DNA from: a virus
Virus record (IMG/VR): IMGVR_UViG_3300043778_000098
Location: 15,504-79,503 of that record
Direction: 5' to 3' (one strand)
Length of the DNA stretch: 64,000 nt
Of the stretch, positions 19,487 to 29,577 are shown piece by piece; within the stretch, counting starts at the first letter, position 1, and every line of letters begins with the position of its first letter. The translations under genes were made by a program, and so were the position numbers. The notes under the pieces were generated by a model. The model was not told the DNA's origin and did no database searches. It was given only the letters and a program-made list of their open reading frames with translations.

Positions 19487-21571
19487 TCAGGCGCCGCCGA
19501 GGGAGGCGGACGGCTGGAGGCGCCCCGAGGTCGCCGGGGGCGGCTCCTCGCCGGGGATGAGCGGCCCGTTGGCCTGCTCCAGCCACGCGTAGTCGGCCGG
19601 GATCCTGGTGTAGACGCCCAGAGCGCTCTCCAGCTCGCCGCGCGACGGCGGGATGAGGTAGGCGACCGACGCCCTCGGGTCCTCCAGGGTGGCGTTCGAC
19701 AGGTTGTAGCTGATCGCGGCCGACTGCTGCCACGGCGACCCGAACCCGGTGCGCAGCGTCGTCCTGGCCGGGACCGCCAGCTGGTAGCGGCGCCCGTCGG
19801 ACCGGAACGCGTAGTCGAGGGTGTTCACCCGGAAGTCCGGGGTCGACTGGATCTGCACCGACCCGGTGCTGACGACGCCCTTGGCGCTGCGCTGCTGGTT
19901 CTGGTCGGTGTCGGTCAGGATGGCCGGGCGCACCAGAATGGCGCGGACGCCGGGCACCTGCGCGGGGGCGGCGGCGATCAGCTGGGTGCCGTAGCACAGC
20001 GGGCAGCGGTACTGGGCGCCCTGCCCGTAGGCGGCGCTGATCTGGGCCTGGGCGGAGGCCCCGGAGTCCGGCTGGGCGGGGTTCTCGGCGATCACCGCCT
20101 GCGGGTAGTAGCACCGGGTGCACCGCTGCGCCAGCCCGAGGCCGATGTCCTCGGGCCGCCACATGAGGGCGAAGACCGTCAGCTCCCCGTACTGCCAGAG
20201 CGCCTGGGCGTGCCGCTGCCGCTCCTGGCTGATCGCGAACCGCTGCACGTCCCGCTGCCAGGCCGGCTGGGGCCGCCCCGGGCGGAGCGGCAGCGGCCGG
20301 CCTGGGCGCGTCTCCGGCGCGATCGCGATGACGGGCGCCGAGGACAGCGCGGCACGCACCGTGACGACCCCGGTCGGGGCGGCGGACAGGGCGGCGGCCG
20401 AGGCCAAGGCGATCCTCGGCAGCTTCGTGCTCCTGGCGGCGGCCGTGAGCGACGCGGCGGCGGACAGGGCGGCCCTCCCCGCGCGGGAGGCCTTCGCGGC
20501 GGCCGACAGGGAGGCGGCGGCGTGCAGCCGCGCCCCCGGCTCGGCGGCCCCCGCCCCGGTCAGCGCGGCGGCGGCGGCCAGATGCCCCGTTCCGGCCGCC
20601 CAGCGGGTCCCGTGGGCGGCTGCGGCGGCCGAGGCCGACAGGTGAGCCGCGCCCGCCGCCAGGCGGCCTCCTGCGGCCCTCAGGGACGGTTCCGCCGCCA
20701 GGGGGGCGGCGGCCCGCCGCAGGACCACCGCCCCGCCCGTGAGGCGCGGCGCGGCGGCCAGGGAGGAGGCCCCGTGGACCGTCCGCCGGCCGGCCGCCGC
20801 CAGCGAGCCCGGCGCGTGCAGCGACGCCGCAGCCTTCTCGGCGACCGACCCGATCGCCCCGAGGGCCGCCCCGGCGGCCAGGTGCGCGGCCGAGGCGACC
20901 GGCGACGCGTACAGGACGGCGGGGGCTGACAGCGCGGCTGACGGGCGCTGGGTGACCAGGGGGGCCGGGGTCATGGCGGGCGCCGCCGCGAGCGCGGCCG
21001 ACGCCTCGTCGGTGACGCGGGAGATCGCCTGGAGGCTCGCCGGGGCCGACAGGGCGGCAGCGCCGGGGGCGAAGTAGGCGCCCGACGCGGTCAGCCGGGT
21101 GCCCGCCGACAGGGCGGCGGTCCCGGCGCGGCCCGGGGCGATGAGCAGGGCCCCCGCCGACAGGTGGGCGGACGACGCCGAGGTGCTCACTGTCAGGGAC
21201 GTCCCGGCCGAGAGGACGGCGACCGCGTGCTCCGTGCTCTTCGCGCCCGCCGTCAGGGTCGCGGCGGCGGACATCGTGGGGACGGCCACCGAGGTCGACA
21301 GGACCGGGTCGGCGCTCAGCGCCGCCTGGGCGTTCTTGATGACGCGCCCGCCGACGGTCAGCCTGGGCCCGGCCGCCAGGAGGGTGGCGGTCCCCGTGAC
21401 GGCCAGGGCGGCCGAGGCGGAGAGCGCGGCAGTCCCCTTCTGCACCTCTGCCGCGCTGGCCCCCAGGCGCCCCGGCGCCGAGAGCGCCGACCCGGCGGCA
21501 GCCGAGCGGACGGCCGCCGCGTGCAGGACCGCCGAGGCGGCGAGGGCGGCGGCGCCGTTCTGGGTCGGCAC
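19487..21571 (-). CDS. Structural protein: AALSA repeats plus a C-terminal neck/connector-like domain
   Basis: More than 20 Ala-rich repeats, then a globular domain with CxxC motifs. Confidence 0.55.
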   Translation of the reverse strand: MPTQNGAAALAASAVLHAAAVRSAAAGSALSAPGRLGASAAEVQKGTAALSASAALAVTGTATLLAAGPRLTVGGRVIKNAQAALSADPVLSTSVAVPTMSAAATLTAGAKSTEHAVAVLSAGTSLTVSTSASSAHLSAGALLIAPGRAGTAALSAGTRLTASGAYFAPGAAALSAPASLQAISRVTDEASAALAAAPAMTPAPLVTQRPSAALSAPAVLYASPVASAAHLAAGAALGAIGSVAEKAAASLHAPGSLAAAGRRTVHGASSLAAAPRLTGGAVVLRRAAAPLAAEPSLRAAGGRLAAGAAHLSASAAAAAHGTRWAAGTGHLAAAAALTGAGAAEPGARLHAAASLSAAAKASRAGRAALSAAASLTAAARSTKLPRIALASAAALSAAPTGVVTVRAALSSAPVIAIAPETRPGRPLPLRPGRPQPAWQRDVQRFAISQERQRHAQALWQYGELTVFALMWRPEDIGLGLAQRCTRCYYPQAVIAENPAQPDSGASAQAQISAAYGQGAQYRCPLCYGTQLIAAAPAQVPGVRAILVRPAILTDTDQNQQRSAKGVVSTGSVQIQSTPDFRVNTLDYAFRSDGRRYQLAVPARTTLRTGFGSPWQQSAAISYNLSNATLEDPRASVAYLIPPSRGELESALGVYTRIPADYAWLEQANGPLIPGEEPPPATSGRLQPSASLGGA

Positions 21572-21574
21572 AGG

Positions 21575-21973
21575 CTACTCCGGGTCGGCGGGGTCCCGCG
21601 CGGGGGCCAGCGGGTGGTCCTCCCCCGTGTGGTGGCGGTACAGGTCAGCGACTATCGCGTTGGTCTTCTCGGCCATGACGGCCCGCAGCTCGGCGGCCCT
21701 CGTCTGCTTCCGCTGGTGCTTGACCAGGGTGAGCGTCCCGCCGGCGGCGATGCACGCGCCGATGTCGGAGGTGACGTTGGTGTAGTTCCCGCCGATCAGC
21801 TCCGACTTGGCGGAGACGTCCACCCCGAGCAGCGGCAGGACGATCAGGTAGAACCCGAGGGCCATCAGCCAGATGACGTGCGCGTGGCTGGCCAGGACCC
21901 GTGGGACGTACCCGAGGGCGCTCTCCAGGCGGTTCGGGCTCTCGGCCGCGCCCGGCACGCTGATGTCCGTCAT
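21575..21973 (-). CDS. Membrane protein
   Basis: SD GGAGG; hydrophobic segments. Confidence 0.55.
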   Translation of the reverse strand: MTDISVPGAAESPNRLESALGYVPRVLASHAHVIWLMALGFYLIVLPLLGVDVSAKSELIGGNYTNVTSDIGACIAAGGTLTLVKHQRKQTRAAELRAVMAEKTNAIVADLYRHHTGEDHPLAPARDPADPE

Positions 21974-22143
21974 GCTCTTCCCTCCGCAGGCGTCACGCCT
22001 TCCGGGGGCAAAGCGAGACCCCGCCGACGGGGGCGCGGCGGGGTCCGGGTCGGCTCCTGCGGCCACGGGGGCAGGCCGCTGATCTAAAGAACAGGGAGCC
22101 GCTGATAACAATACAGCAGGGAGCGCCGGAAACCGGGAAAATT

Positions 22144-22536
22144 TTACTGCCGGGCCGGCCGTGTTCTCGTCGCCAGGGGATAGGAGGCCGATTTTTCCGT
22201 CCGGGAGGGCAGGGCCCCGAAGTCGAGATTCCCGTCCTCGCCGAAGGTCACGCGGTACCGGCCGGGCAGCACGGGGGGCTCGCTCATGGCGAGCAGCGCC
22301 CTGTTCACCGGGCAGTCGAACAGACCGCCCTGGAGGCGCTCTCGCAGCGGGTGGAGGATCGAGAACCCGTCCCCGTCGATCTGCACGATGTCCGCGCCGA
22401 CGTCCCCGTCGAGGATCTCCTGCGCCGCCGTCGGCCTCGGGCAGGCCTGGCCGAGGCAGCGGACAAGCCCCGACGGCATGAGGTGCAGCTTCCGCTCCCG
22501 GCACATCGGGCACGGGGCCTGCATGTCCGCGATCAT
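22144..22536 (-). CDS. Cys-rich hypothetical protein
   Basis: ORF with CPMC motif. Confidence 0.5.
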   Translation of the reverse strand: MIADMQAPCPMCRERKLHLMPSGLVRCLGQACPRPTAAQEILDGDVGADIVQIDGDGFSILHPLRERLQGGLFDCPVNRALLAMSEPPVLPGRYRVTFGEDGNLDFGALPSRTEKSASYPLATRTRPARQ

Positions 22537-22682
22537 CGCTTAGTGAACCTTCCTTTCCCGGAGATGAAGACACCCGAGGCAGCTGCACGTGCAGGGCTTG
22601 GGGTAGCAGGCTTCCCAGTCGTGGCCGCCCCATCGCTCCGGGCCGATAACCTGCGCGATTTTTCCAGCGGGGACGGGCGGCG

Positions 22683-22979
22683 TCACTTGATCATCCCCGT
22701 CATCCTCCAGATGGCCCAGGCGGCCCGATCGCAGCGGACCCCGCACAGCCACGTGCAGAGGCGGTCGACCCGGCGCCGGGCGCGCAGCCTGATCCTGGTC
22801 CCCAGCGGGAGCGGGAGGCGCCGCCGGGCCTTGCCGTCGGGGTGCACCCACAGGACCGGCCGGTCAAGAGCCCTCTCAAGACGCCGCCGGAAATCTTCGG
22901 CCTGCTCCGAGGTCAGGCCTTTTTCCGGCGGGAGGATCTCGGTCACACATCCCCTGTCGTACTTGCCGTCGGTTCCCAT
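22683..22979 (-). CDS. Hypothetical protein, leaderless
   Basis: TAGAAT-cccggt-ATG. Confidence 0.5.
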   Translation of the reverse strand: MGTDGKYDRGCVTEILPPEKGLTSEQAEDFRRRLERALDRPVLWVHPDGKARRRLPLPLGTRIRLRARRRVDRLCTWLCGVRCDRAAWAIWRMTGMIK

Positions 22980-22992
22980 ACCGGGATTCTAG

Positions 22993-23250
22993 CTAACGTC
23001 GGCCGTCTTTGGTCATCTTGCCGGTGAGGATCCACCGCTGCGCGGGCGGGAGCATGAGGACGGCCCCCATGATCACAAGGGTCACGGTCGCGCCCGCGAC
23101 TGCGATCAGAGCGCTGACGAGCTGCTCCGCGTGAAGTCCGGCCGCCGCCAGATGACCGATCAACAAAGCGCTCAGCACCACGAAGAGGAACGCGACGAGG
23201 CGCTGCACCCTGCCGGGCGCGGCCTCCTTGACCAGATCCGTCAGCTTCAT
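22993..23250 (-). CDS. Two-TM membrane protein, leaderless
   Basis: TAGGAT-cccggt-ATG. Confidence 0.55.
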   Translation of the reverse strand: MKLTDLVKEAAPGRVQRLVAFLFVVLSALLIGHLAAAGLHAEQLVSALIAVAGATVTLVIMGAVLMLPPAQRWILTGKMTKDGRR

Positions 23251-23259
23251 ACCGGGATC

Positions 23260-23664
23260 CTAGCTAAACTCGCCGAGCAGCACCCGCATGATCGTCTCGC
23301 GGGTCAGCCACCCGCTCTCCTTGCCCGAGTAGAGCCGACTTCGGCGCTCGGCCTCCTCGGGCGGCAGCGGCCGGATGAACGAGCCGAGGTACCCGAGCAG
23401 TTCGAGGTCGGCCATGCCGTGGGCGTAGGCGCACCCGCCGTCCTGGCAGGCGTGATCGTCGCCAGTGGGCCAGTAGATCAGCGGGGTGCCATGGACGGGG
23501 CAGGTGCACCTCTCGTCACACCGATGCGGTTTGCCTGGCAGCGCCCTCCTCTTGCGCTCCGACGGCAGCATCGTCGGCAGCGGTGGAGGCGGGGATTCCT
23601 CCATGAGGTAGAGGCCGGCTATATCGTCCATGTCGGACCACTTAGGCTCGTCCGGAGTGCTCAT
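23260..23664 (-). CDS. Hypothetical protein
   Basis: ATGA overlap with the HNH gene. Confidence 0.5.
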   Translation of the reverse strand: MSTPDEPKWSDMDDIAGLYLMEESPPPPLPTMLPSERKRRALPGKPHRCDERCTCPVHGTPLIYWPTGDDHACQDGGCAYAHGMADLELLGYLGSFIRPLPPEEAERRSRLYSGKESGWLTRETIMRVLLGEFS

Positions 23665-24704
23665 GTCTTCCTTCTGACGTTAACGTTCTTCGACTGGTTG
23701 CACCCGAAGTGCGCTAGCTGGGCGTTCTCCAGGGAATGAGCGCCTCCACGGGCGACCGGGATGATGTGGTCGATGCTTTTGGACATGAGGTTGATCTTTC
23801 CAGTACCACGATCGCGATAGGGAAGGTCAGGATCGATCGGCACGAGGCAGAGCTGGCAGATACCGCTGTCGCGCCCCCAGATGAATTTCCTGTCCCTCTT
23901 GGAACTAAAAGTCCGAGGAGCGCGAACCCTGGCCTCAGGTCCGTCGGCCCACCGCTTTCCCGAGAGAACATCAGCCAGCCACCGCCGGTTGACATTGTAT
24001 TTCTTCGCTAGCGCAGTCTGCATTCCGTAGCGTCGCCCGGCTTCCTCGTATTCGGCGCGCACCATGTCGACGAACTGCCGGGTGGCCGTTGAAGCGTGAT
24101 GGCGCTCGCCGCGCCCCGGGCCGGTAGCCCTGCCTTTGGCCCTCATGTCGGCCGTGTTGCCTGCGGGGGTGTCCTTGAACCAGTGGCTCTCGTTGCAGCA
24201 CGGCGGGTTGTCGCAGCGATGGCAGACCATCGTCTCCTGCGTCATCTTGTCGTCCGGGTGGATCTGGTCCCAGGCCCATCGCTGCGCCCGGACCGTGACG
24301 TACTTCCCGTCCTGCGAGAAGGTGAGGATCGGGTAGCCGTCAGCGTCCCTGCCCTCTGTCCACGGGTGGCAGGCGTCTGCCCCGCTGCTGCGGTCGACTC
24401 GCGCTTCGTATTTCTCCCACGGGGAGTTTGAGCCGTCGCGGGGCTTGACGCGCCAGTGGGCCAGATTCTGGCACGACCTCAGGCCGCAGGTGTTGCGCAG
24501 CCCGTACCCGGCGGGGACGGGGCCGCGCGAGTTCCGCCACGCCCAGGCGTGCGCTCCGCCCTCTCGATGTCTGCCGTCGTCGTCAGTCCAGGAGAACTGG
24601 GCGTTGCCGTACTTGTCGATTTTCCCGCTCCAGCCGGTGCAGCCGTCGTCCTGGGGGACCAGCTTCTCCTCGTACCTTTGCCAAGGTTTCTTGCTAGTGC
24701 TCAT
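23661..24704 (-). CDS. Multi-domain HNH endonuclease
   Basis: Two His-Cys/HNH_3-like repeats (HRCDNPPCCN) and a C-terminal DHIIP...AHFGCN motif. Confidence 0.85.
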   Translation of the reverse strand: MSTSKKPWQRYEEKLVPQDDGCTGWSGKIDKYGNAQFSWTDDDGRHREGGAHAWAWRNSRGPVPAGYGLRNTCGLRSCQNLAHWRVKPRDGSNSPWEKYEARVDRSSGADACHPWTEGRDADGYPILTFSQDGKYVTVRAQRWAWDQIHPDDKMTQETMVCHRCDNPPCCNESHWFKDTPAGNTADMRAKGRATGPGRGERHHASTATRQFVDMVRAEYEEAGRRYGMQTALAKKYNVNRRWLADVLSGKRWADGPEARVRAPRTFSSKRDRKFIWGRDSGICQLCLVPIDPDLPYRDRGTGKINLMSKSIDHIIPVARGGAHSLENAQLAHFGCNQSKNVNVRRKT

Positions 24705-24822
24705 GGCTCGAACTGTAGCAGAAGTTGGAGCATGAATCGAAGCGTAAAATCCAAATGCCCCACCAGATACAACTGGTGAGGCATCGGATGATGGTACTAG
24801 ATATATGCTCTGACCTGGGGTT

Positions 24823-25722
24823 TTAGTACCAGCGAGCCCACATGCGGGGCCGTGCGGCCACAGATCCGGCGATACGCGTCGGAGCGTAGTTTCCGTAGGT
24901 TCCGCCGCTGACCAGAACTCTCGGGCTGCCGTTCATGATGTGGCGGATCTTGAAGACGTCCAGCAGGCCCTTCAGCTCGGCCGTCTCGTCCTTCACCACC
25001 TCGCGCCACCGGTCGGCGTAGTCGCGGCGGTCCATCCTGGCCACCGGCGGCCCCGCGAACTGCGGCTGCTCGGTGTAGGAGCGGATCAGCTGCTTGACGC
25101 ACTCGACGTAGGCGTAGCTGGCCAGCAGGCCGCCCCAGAACTGGATCGGGTACTGCGGGCCGCCGTTGCCGTCGAGGGTGTAGGAGGACCACGGCTGGGC
25201 GGCGGCGTTGATCTTCTGGAGGGCGATCCCCATCATCTGGGCGGCCCGGCCCCGGCTCCAGTGCGACTGGAAGTAGGCCTGGAGGTTGGGCCCTCCCCCG
25301 GCCGAGTCGAACAGGTCGGCGAACCGCACCCACACCTGGGAGTTGAGGAAGTCCTGCATCTCCGGCGGCAGCGCGTCGTAGTGCGGGTTGGCCGGGCCGA
25401 TCTCCAGGTAGGAGGCGTACTGCTGCGGCTGGCCGCCGACCGCGTACGACCAATCGAGCTGCGCGTAGCCGGGGGTCTGCGTGTCGGCGCTGGTCGGGGT
25501 GATGACGTAGACGCCCGCCTGCTGCCGCGCGGCCGTCAGCTCGTCCACGAGGGCGACGGTGCCGTCCGGGTTGTCCATGAAGAGGCGCCCGGTGACCGAC
25601 TGGCCGTCCGGGTCGCCCGGCTGGCCGCCGATGTAGACCGCCAGCGTCAGCGGCGGCGCGGAGAACTGGGACACGTAGGCGCGCTCGGTCCAGTCGACCA
25701 GGCCCGGGTCGGGGATCGTCAT
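24823..25722 (-). CDS. Head-tail adaptor-like structural protein
   Basis: Structural operon position and codon bias. Confidence 0.5.
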   Translation of the reverse strand: MTIPDPGLVDWTERAYVSQFSAPPLTLAVYIGGQPGDPDGQSVTGRLFMDNPDGTVALVDELTAARQQAGVYVITPTSADTQTPGYAQLDWSYAVGGQPQQYASYLEIGPANPHYDALPPEMQDFLNSQVWVRFADLFDSAGGGPNLQAYFQSHWSRGRAAQMMGIALQKINAAAQPWSSYTLDGNGGPQYPIQFWGGLLASYAYVECVKQLIRSYTEQPQFAGPPVARMDRRDYADRWREVVKDETAELKGLLDVFKIRHIMNGSPRVLVSGGTYGNYAPTRIAGSVAARPRMWARWY

Positions 25723-25723
25723 G

Positions 25724-26380
25724 TCAGAGGCTGTTCCCGCTGGCGTACAGGGAGACCATCGCGATGACCTTCACCCCGATCAGCGTGAGCGGCGTGTTGT
25801 AGACGGAGCCCACCTGCACCTTCACGCCGACCTTGTGCTGCCCGGCGGAGACGCTGGGGATCACCGTCATCGAGTAGGCGTTCGCTCCGGTGCTGGCCCC
25901 GGTGTCGCCGAGGTTGCCGGTGAAGCGGATCTGCTCGCGGTACCCCATGTACTGCTCCACGCCGTCGAACGCGATCGACTGGTAGGCGTCCTGCGTCTTG
26001 GTGTTGGACCAGTTGTAGGTCGCCGTCAGGAAGATCGACAGCGCTGACGGGCGCGGGGTGGTGAACGTCAGGATGTTGAAGACGCCCGACGAGCCGGGGT
26101 TGCACGCCACGTCCAGGTAGGTGCCGCCCGCGAAGACGGGCGCGGAGTCCCGCAGGTCCGCCCAGGCGGTGCCGGTCCAGTACGAGAGCTGCTTGAGGTC
26201 GGTCATGAAGATCAGCCGCCCCGCCTGGGCGGTCCCCCAGGACGGGCGGCTGACCGACGTGCAGATGAACGCCCCGGGGCTGGCGTCCAGGATCCCCCAG
26301 TTCGCCACGAAGTCGCTCAGCTCGAACGGGTCGCTCAGCTGGTTGAGCTTCAGCCCCAGGACGGTCGAGTAGGTGGCCAC
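25724..26380 (-). CDS. Virion protein
   Basis: Beta-rich; within operon. Confidence 0.55.
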   Translation of the reverse strand: MATYSTVLGLKLNQLSDPFELSDFVANWGILDASPGAFICTSVSRPSWGTAQAGRLIFMTDLKQLSYWTGTAWADLRDSAPVFAGGTYLDVACNPGSSGVFNILTFTTPRPSALSIFLTATYNWSNTKTQDAYQSIAFDGVEQYMGYREQIRFTGNLGDTGASTGANAYSMTVIPSVSAGQHKVGVKVQVGSVYNTPLTLIGVKVIAMVSLYASGNSL

Positions 26381-26383
26381 CGG

Positions 26384-28720
26384 CTAGCCGCCCAGCCCGG
26401 TGCCGCTTTTAATTGTGCCGTCGGGCTTGTAGATCGGGTTGATCGTGTTGGCCGGGTCGAGGGAGCCGGTCCCGACGTTGATCGACCCCTCGCTGCCCGG
26501 CTGCGCCTCGTTGTAGTTCAGCGGCACCACGTAGGCCGAGTAGGCGCTGAACGGGCCGAGGCCGAGCTGGTTGCCCGCCGCGACCTTGAACCGGTACCCC
26601 TGGGTGTAGGGGGTGCTCCCCGACGGCGTGTAGATGACCGGGTCGTTCGGCAGGATCCCCTGGGTGAAGACCGCCGACACCGACGACGGGTCGGCCCCGT
26701 ACCAGTACTCGGCGATGATCGTGTCGCCGGACTCGGCGTTGACCGACCCCTCGGCGAGCAGGATCTCGTAGGTCACCCACGGGCCGATGCCGGTCGCGGT
26801 GATCGTGTAGTCGTACCCGTACTCCAGGACCAGCCCGTCGGCCTGGAGGGGGTCCGCCTCGCCGCCGGCGATCTCGCCGCTTGTCAGGATCGACTGCTGC
26901 GAGGAGGTGACGTCCTTGACGACGACCTGGTGCTTCGGGGTGAGGATCCCGGACTGGGACAGGACCGGCGCCGTGGTGTCAGCCGTCGGGGCGTGCGCGC
27001 CCGAGGAGGTGGGCGGCGCCGTCAGGGTCAGCCCGGTGCCGATCGCCGTCGGCGAGCCCAGGGCCTGCTGCCGGGTGAAGGTGCTGCCCCCGGCCTGGGT
27101 CACGTAGGCGTACCAGTGGGTGGCCCCCGCCTCGGCGGCGGGCGACGGGATGGTGATCGTCGAGGTCGACCCCGTGGTGGTGACGGGCCCATTGGCCGAG
27201 GCGACAGTCTCGCCGTTGCCGCCGACGTAGGTCACCTTGACGCCGTAGGTGCCGGCCAGGACGGTGCCGCCGGTGGTGGCGGTGGTCGGGGACGGGGCCC
27301 CGGGCGCGGCCAGGGCCGCCGCCAGCAGGACGAGGGTGTCGGCCTGGTAGGTCGGCTGGCCGACGCTCGCCCCGCCCGAGGGGGACGGCTGCCCGTAGTC
27401 GACCGGCTGGCCGGTGGCGGGCACGTACATCGTCCCCAGGTCCTGGCACTGGAGCAGGTAGTACTGGACCGGGACGAGGCCCGACGGGGGCGTCCAGGTG
27501 ATCTTCGCGCCCCGGTTGACGGCCGTCGCGGAGGTGATCGACGGGGCGCCGGGCACCGAGGCGGGCGGGTTGGAGTCCCAGTAGGTGGCGTCGCCGTAGC
27601 TGTAGGCGGCGCTGACGTTGTTCCCGGCGGTGAAGTTGGTGCCGGTCTCCAGCTCGACGTAGGCGACGGTGGTGGGGCCGTTCCCGGCCGTCGTCACCGT
27701 GTAGTCGGTGCCGAGCACCAGGGTCCCGCTGGTGGTGGTGTCGGTCAGCACCAGGGTGGAGGGGACCACGCCCTGCTGGCTGAGGTAGTACGGCGTCGAT
27801 GCCTGCGCGGCGGCGAACGCGTCGGTCTGCGAGGCCAGGGAGGTGGGCTCGGCGGGCGCCCCGATGTAGCTGGTGTCCACCGTCTGCGCCGCGTACGAGG
27901 CGTCGGTCTGGAGCGGGTTCGCGTTGACGGCGTTGCCGAGGATGTCGGTGAGCGTCGTGTCCTTGACGCCCGCCGCCACCCCGGCCGACGGGGCCCGGTA
28001 GCCGGGCGGCGAGGAGTACATGGACGGCACCAGGTCGGAGCCGCCGGCGATGGTGGTGTCGAGGGTGCCGGAGTAGTCGTTGGCCGACGGGGCGAAGTCC
28101 TCCGGCAGCCCCCCGCCGTACACCGGGTTGGTGTCGGGGGCGCCCGACGGCCACCCGAACGCGCCGGGCTCGACCTCCGTGACCGCGTACTCCGAGCCGG
28201 GGGCGCCGGTCTCCGAGCTGGACTGGGCGCCCATCGCCGGGTCGGTGAGGGACCCGCCCGCCGCCTGCTCGCCGAGCCCGGCGACAGTGGACCCGGTGGT
28301 CGCCTGGTCGGACGCCTCGAAGGCGGTGCCCGCCGGGGCGGCGCCGCCCTCGCCCTGGAACTCGCCGAAGTTGTAGCTGGTGTCGGGGACGGTGCCGTAC
28401 CGGTAGGTGACCTTGCAGGTGTCCCCGTTGGAGGAGACCGAGCTGCCCGAGACGCGGGTGACCGAGTACGTCCACGTCTCCGGCTTGCTCCCCGAGGAGG
28501 TCAGCGTGTAGTCGGTGCCCAGGACCAGCGCGTGGCCGCTGGTGGAGTCGTAGACCGTGATGACGTCCGCCGTCGGGGACGCCCCTGCGGTCTCCGCCGA
28601 CGGGTAGGAGACGATCCCGGTCCTGCTGAGCGCGGCCGGGGCGGCCGAGATCGTGATGGTGTCGGTCTGCTCGACGACGCTTTCGAGCGGGACTCCGTAG
28701 AAGTCGGGGGGTGTGGTCAT
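26384..28720 (-). CDS. Virion protein with FN3/Ig-like domains
   Basis: LGTDYT repeats; ITWTPP; YRFKVAAGN..GLGPFS. Confidence 0.65.
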   Translation of the reverse strand: MTTPPDFYGVPLESVVEQTDTITISAAPAALSRTGIVSYPSAETAGASPTADVITVYDSTSGHALVLGTDYTLTSSGSKPETWTYSVTRVSGSSVSSNGDTCKVTYRYGTVPDTSYNFGEFQGEGGAAPAGTAFEASDQATTGSTVAGLGEQAAGGSLTDPAMGAQSSSETGAPGSEYAVTEVEPGAFGWPSGAPDTNPVYGGGLPEDFAPSANDYSGTLDTTIAGGSDLVPSMYSSPPGYRAPSAGVAAGVKDTTLTDILGNAVNANPLQTDASYAAQTVDTSYIGAPAEPTSLASQTDAFAAAQASTPYYLSQQGVVPSTLVLTDTTTSGTLVLGTDYTVTTAGNGPTTVAYVELETGTNFTAGNNVSAAYSYGDATYWDSNPPASVPGAPSITSATAVNRGAKITWTPPSGLVPVQYYLLQCQDLGTMYVPATGQPVDYGQPSPSGGASVGQPTYQADTLVLLAAALAAPGAPSPTTATTGGTVLAGTYGVKVTYVGGNGETVASANGPVTTTGSTSTITIPSPAAEAGATHWYAYVTQAGGSTFTRQQALGSPTAIGTGLTLTAPPTSSGAHAPTADTTAPVLSQSGILTPKHQVVVKDVTSSQQSILTSGEIAGGEADPLQADGLVLEYGYDYTITATGIGPWVTYEILLAEGSVNAESGDTIIAEYWYGADPSSVSAVFTQGILPNDPVIYTPSGSTPYTQGYRFKVAAGNQLGLGPFSAYSAYVVPLNYNEAQPGSEGSINVGTGSLDPANTINPIYKPDGTIKSGTGLGG

Positions 28721-29142
28721 CCTGCGCTCCGGTCAGTGCTGTCTTCGACCGTCGTCATCGGGCCGATGCTGGACGCGTGGTTCTGCCAGGAGGCGGTGTG
28801 GTCGCGCGTGCGGATCTCGCCGCTGGCGGCGTCCAGCTCCATCCCCGCCTCTTCCAGGGCGCGCCTGGCCCGGCCGGCGGCCTCCGTCACCCGGCGCTTG
28901 TCGTCGTCCGGGTCGCCCCGGTTGACGGTGAGCCCGGGGCTGGTCTGCACGACGTTCGGGCTCACTTCCTCGTCCTGCGGGTCCATCGCCCGCAGCGCCC
29001 AGGCCAGGTCGGTGGCCCGTGCGAACGAGAACGCGTTGGTGACCCCGGTCAGGGCGGTGTGCGGGGCCCCGGGCCCGGCGGTGTCGGTGGTGTCGTACGT
29101 GCCGGTCATCAGGGCCGGGTCGGGGACTCGCCGCAGGCTCAC
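28717..29142 (-). CDS. Structural-region protein
   Basis: Overlap coupling. Confidence 0.55.
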   Translation of the reverse strand: MSLRRVPDPALMTGTYDTTDTAGPGAPHTALTGVTNAFSFARATDLAWALRAMDPQDEEVSPNVVQTSPGLTVNRGDPDDDKRRVTEAAGRARRALEEAGMELDAASGEIRTRDHTASWQNHASSIGPMTTVEDSTDRSAG

Positions 29143-29354
29143 TCGTCTCTCCCGATCTTATTCTCGATCGCCATGACGGCCGCGCGGGCGTACCGGATGA
29201 CGCCGAGGCGGCGCTCCTCCGGGAAATCCGGGGGGAGGTTGATCCCCAGGTAGACGTCGACCCGCGAGCCCGAGGTGACGACCCGGCAGCCAGTGTGGTC
29301 GCTCGTCACCGTCTGCTCGACCATCCCCTCTCGCTCGACCGTCACGGTGTTCAC
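29139..29354 (-). CDS. Hypothetical protein
   Basis: Within operon. Confidence 0.45.
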   Translation of the reverse strand: MNTVTVEREGMVEQTVTSDHTGCRVVTSGSRVDVYLGINLPPDFPEERRLGVIRYARAAVMAIENKIGRDE

Positions 29355-29355
29355 G

Positions 29356-29577
29356 TCAGCCTGCGCCCAGTTCTTCCGCGATCTCCCGCGCCGCTTTCGC
29401 GGCTGCCGCCCTGAGGCTCTCGACGACCTCTGGTTCGACGCCCGGCGGCAGCTGCACCGATACGGTGATGCACGCGTCGGCCTTCGCCTCCGTCACCACG
29501 ACGCTGCACGTCACCAGGTCACCGGTGAGACGGCTCTTCACTTCCCCGATTTCCTCGGGGGCCATCGTCCCTGCCAT
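29356..29577 (-). CDS. Hypothetical protein
   Basis: TGATG coupling. Confidence 0.45.
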   Translation of the reverse strand: MAGTMAPEEIGEVKSRLTGDLVTCSVVVTEAKADACITVSVQLPPGVEPEVVESLRAAAAKAAREIAEELGAG

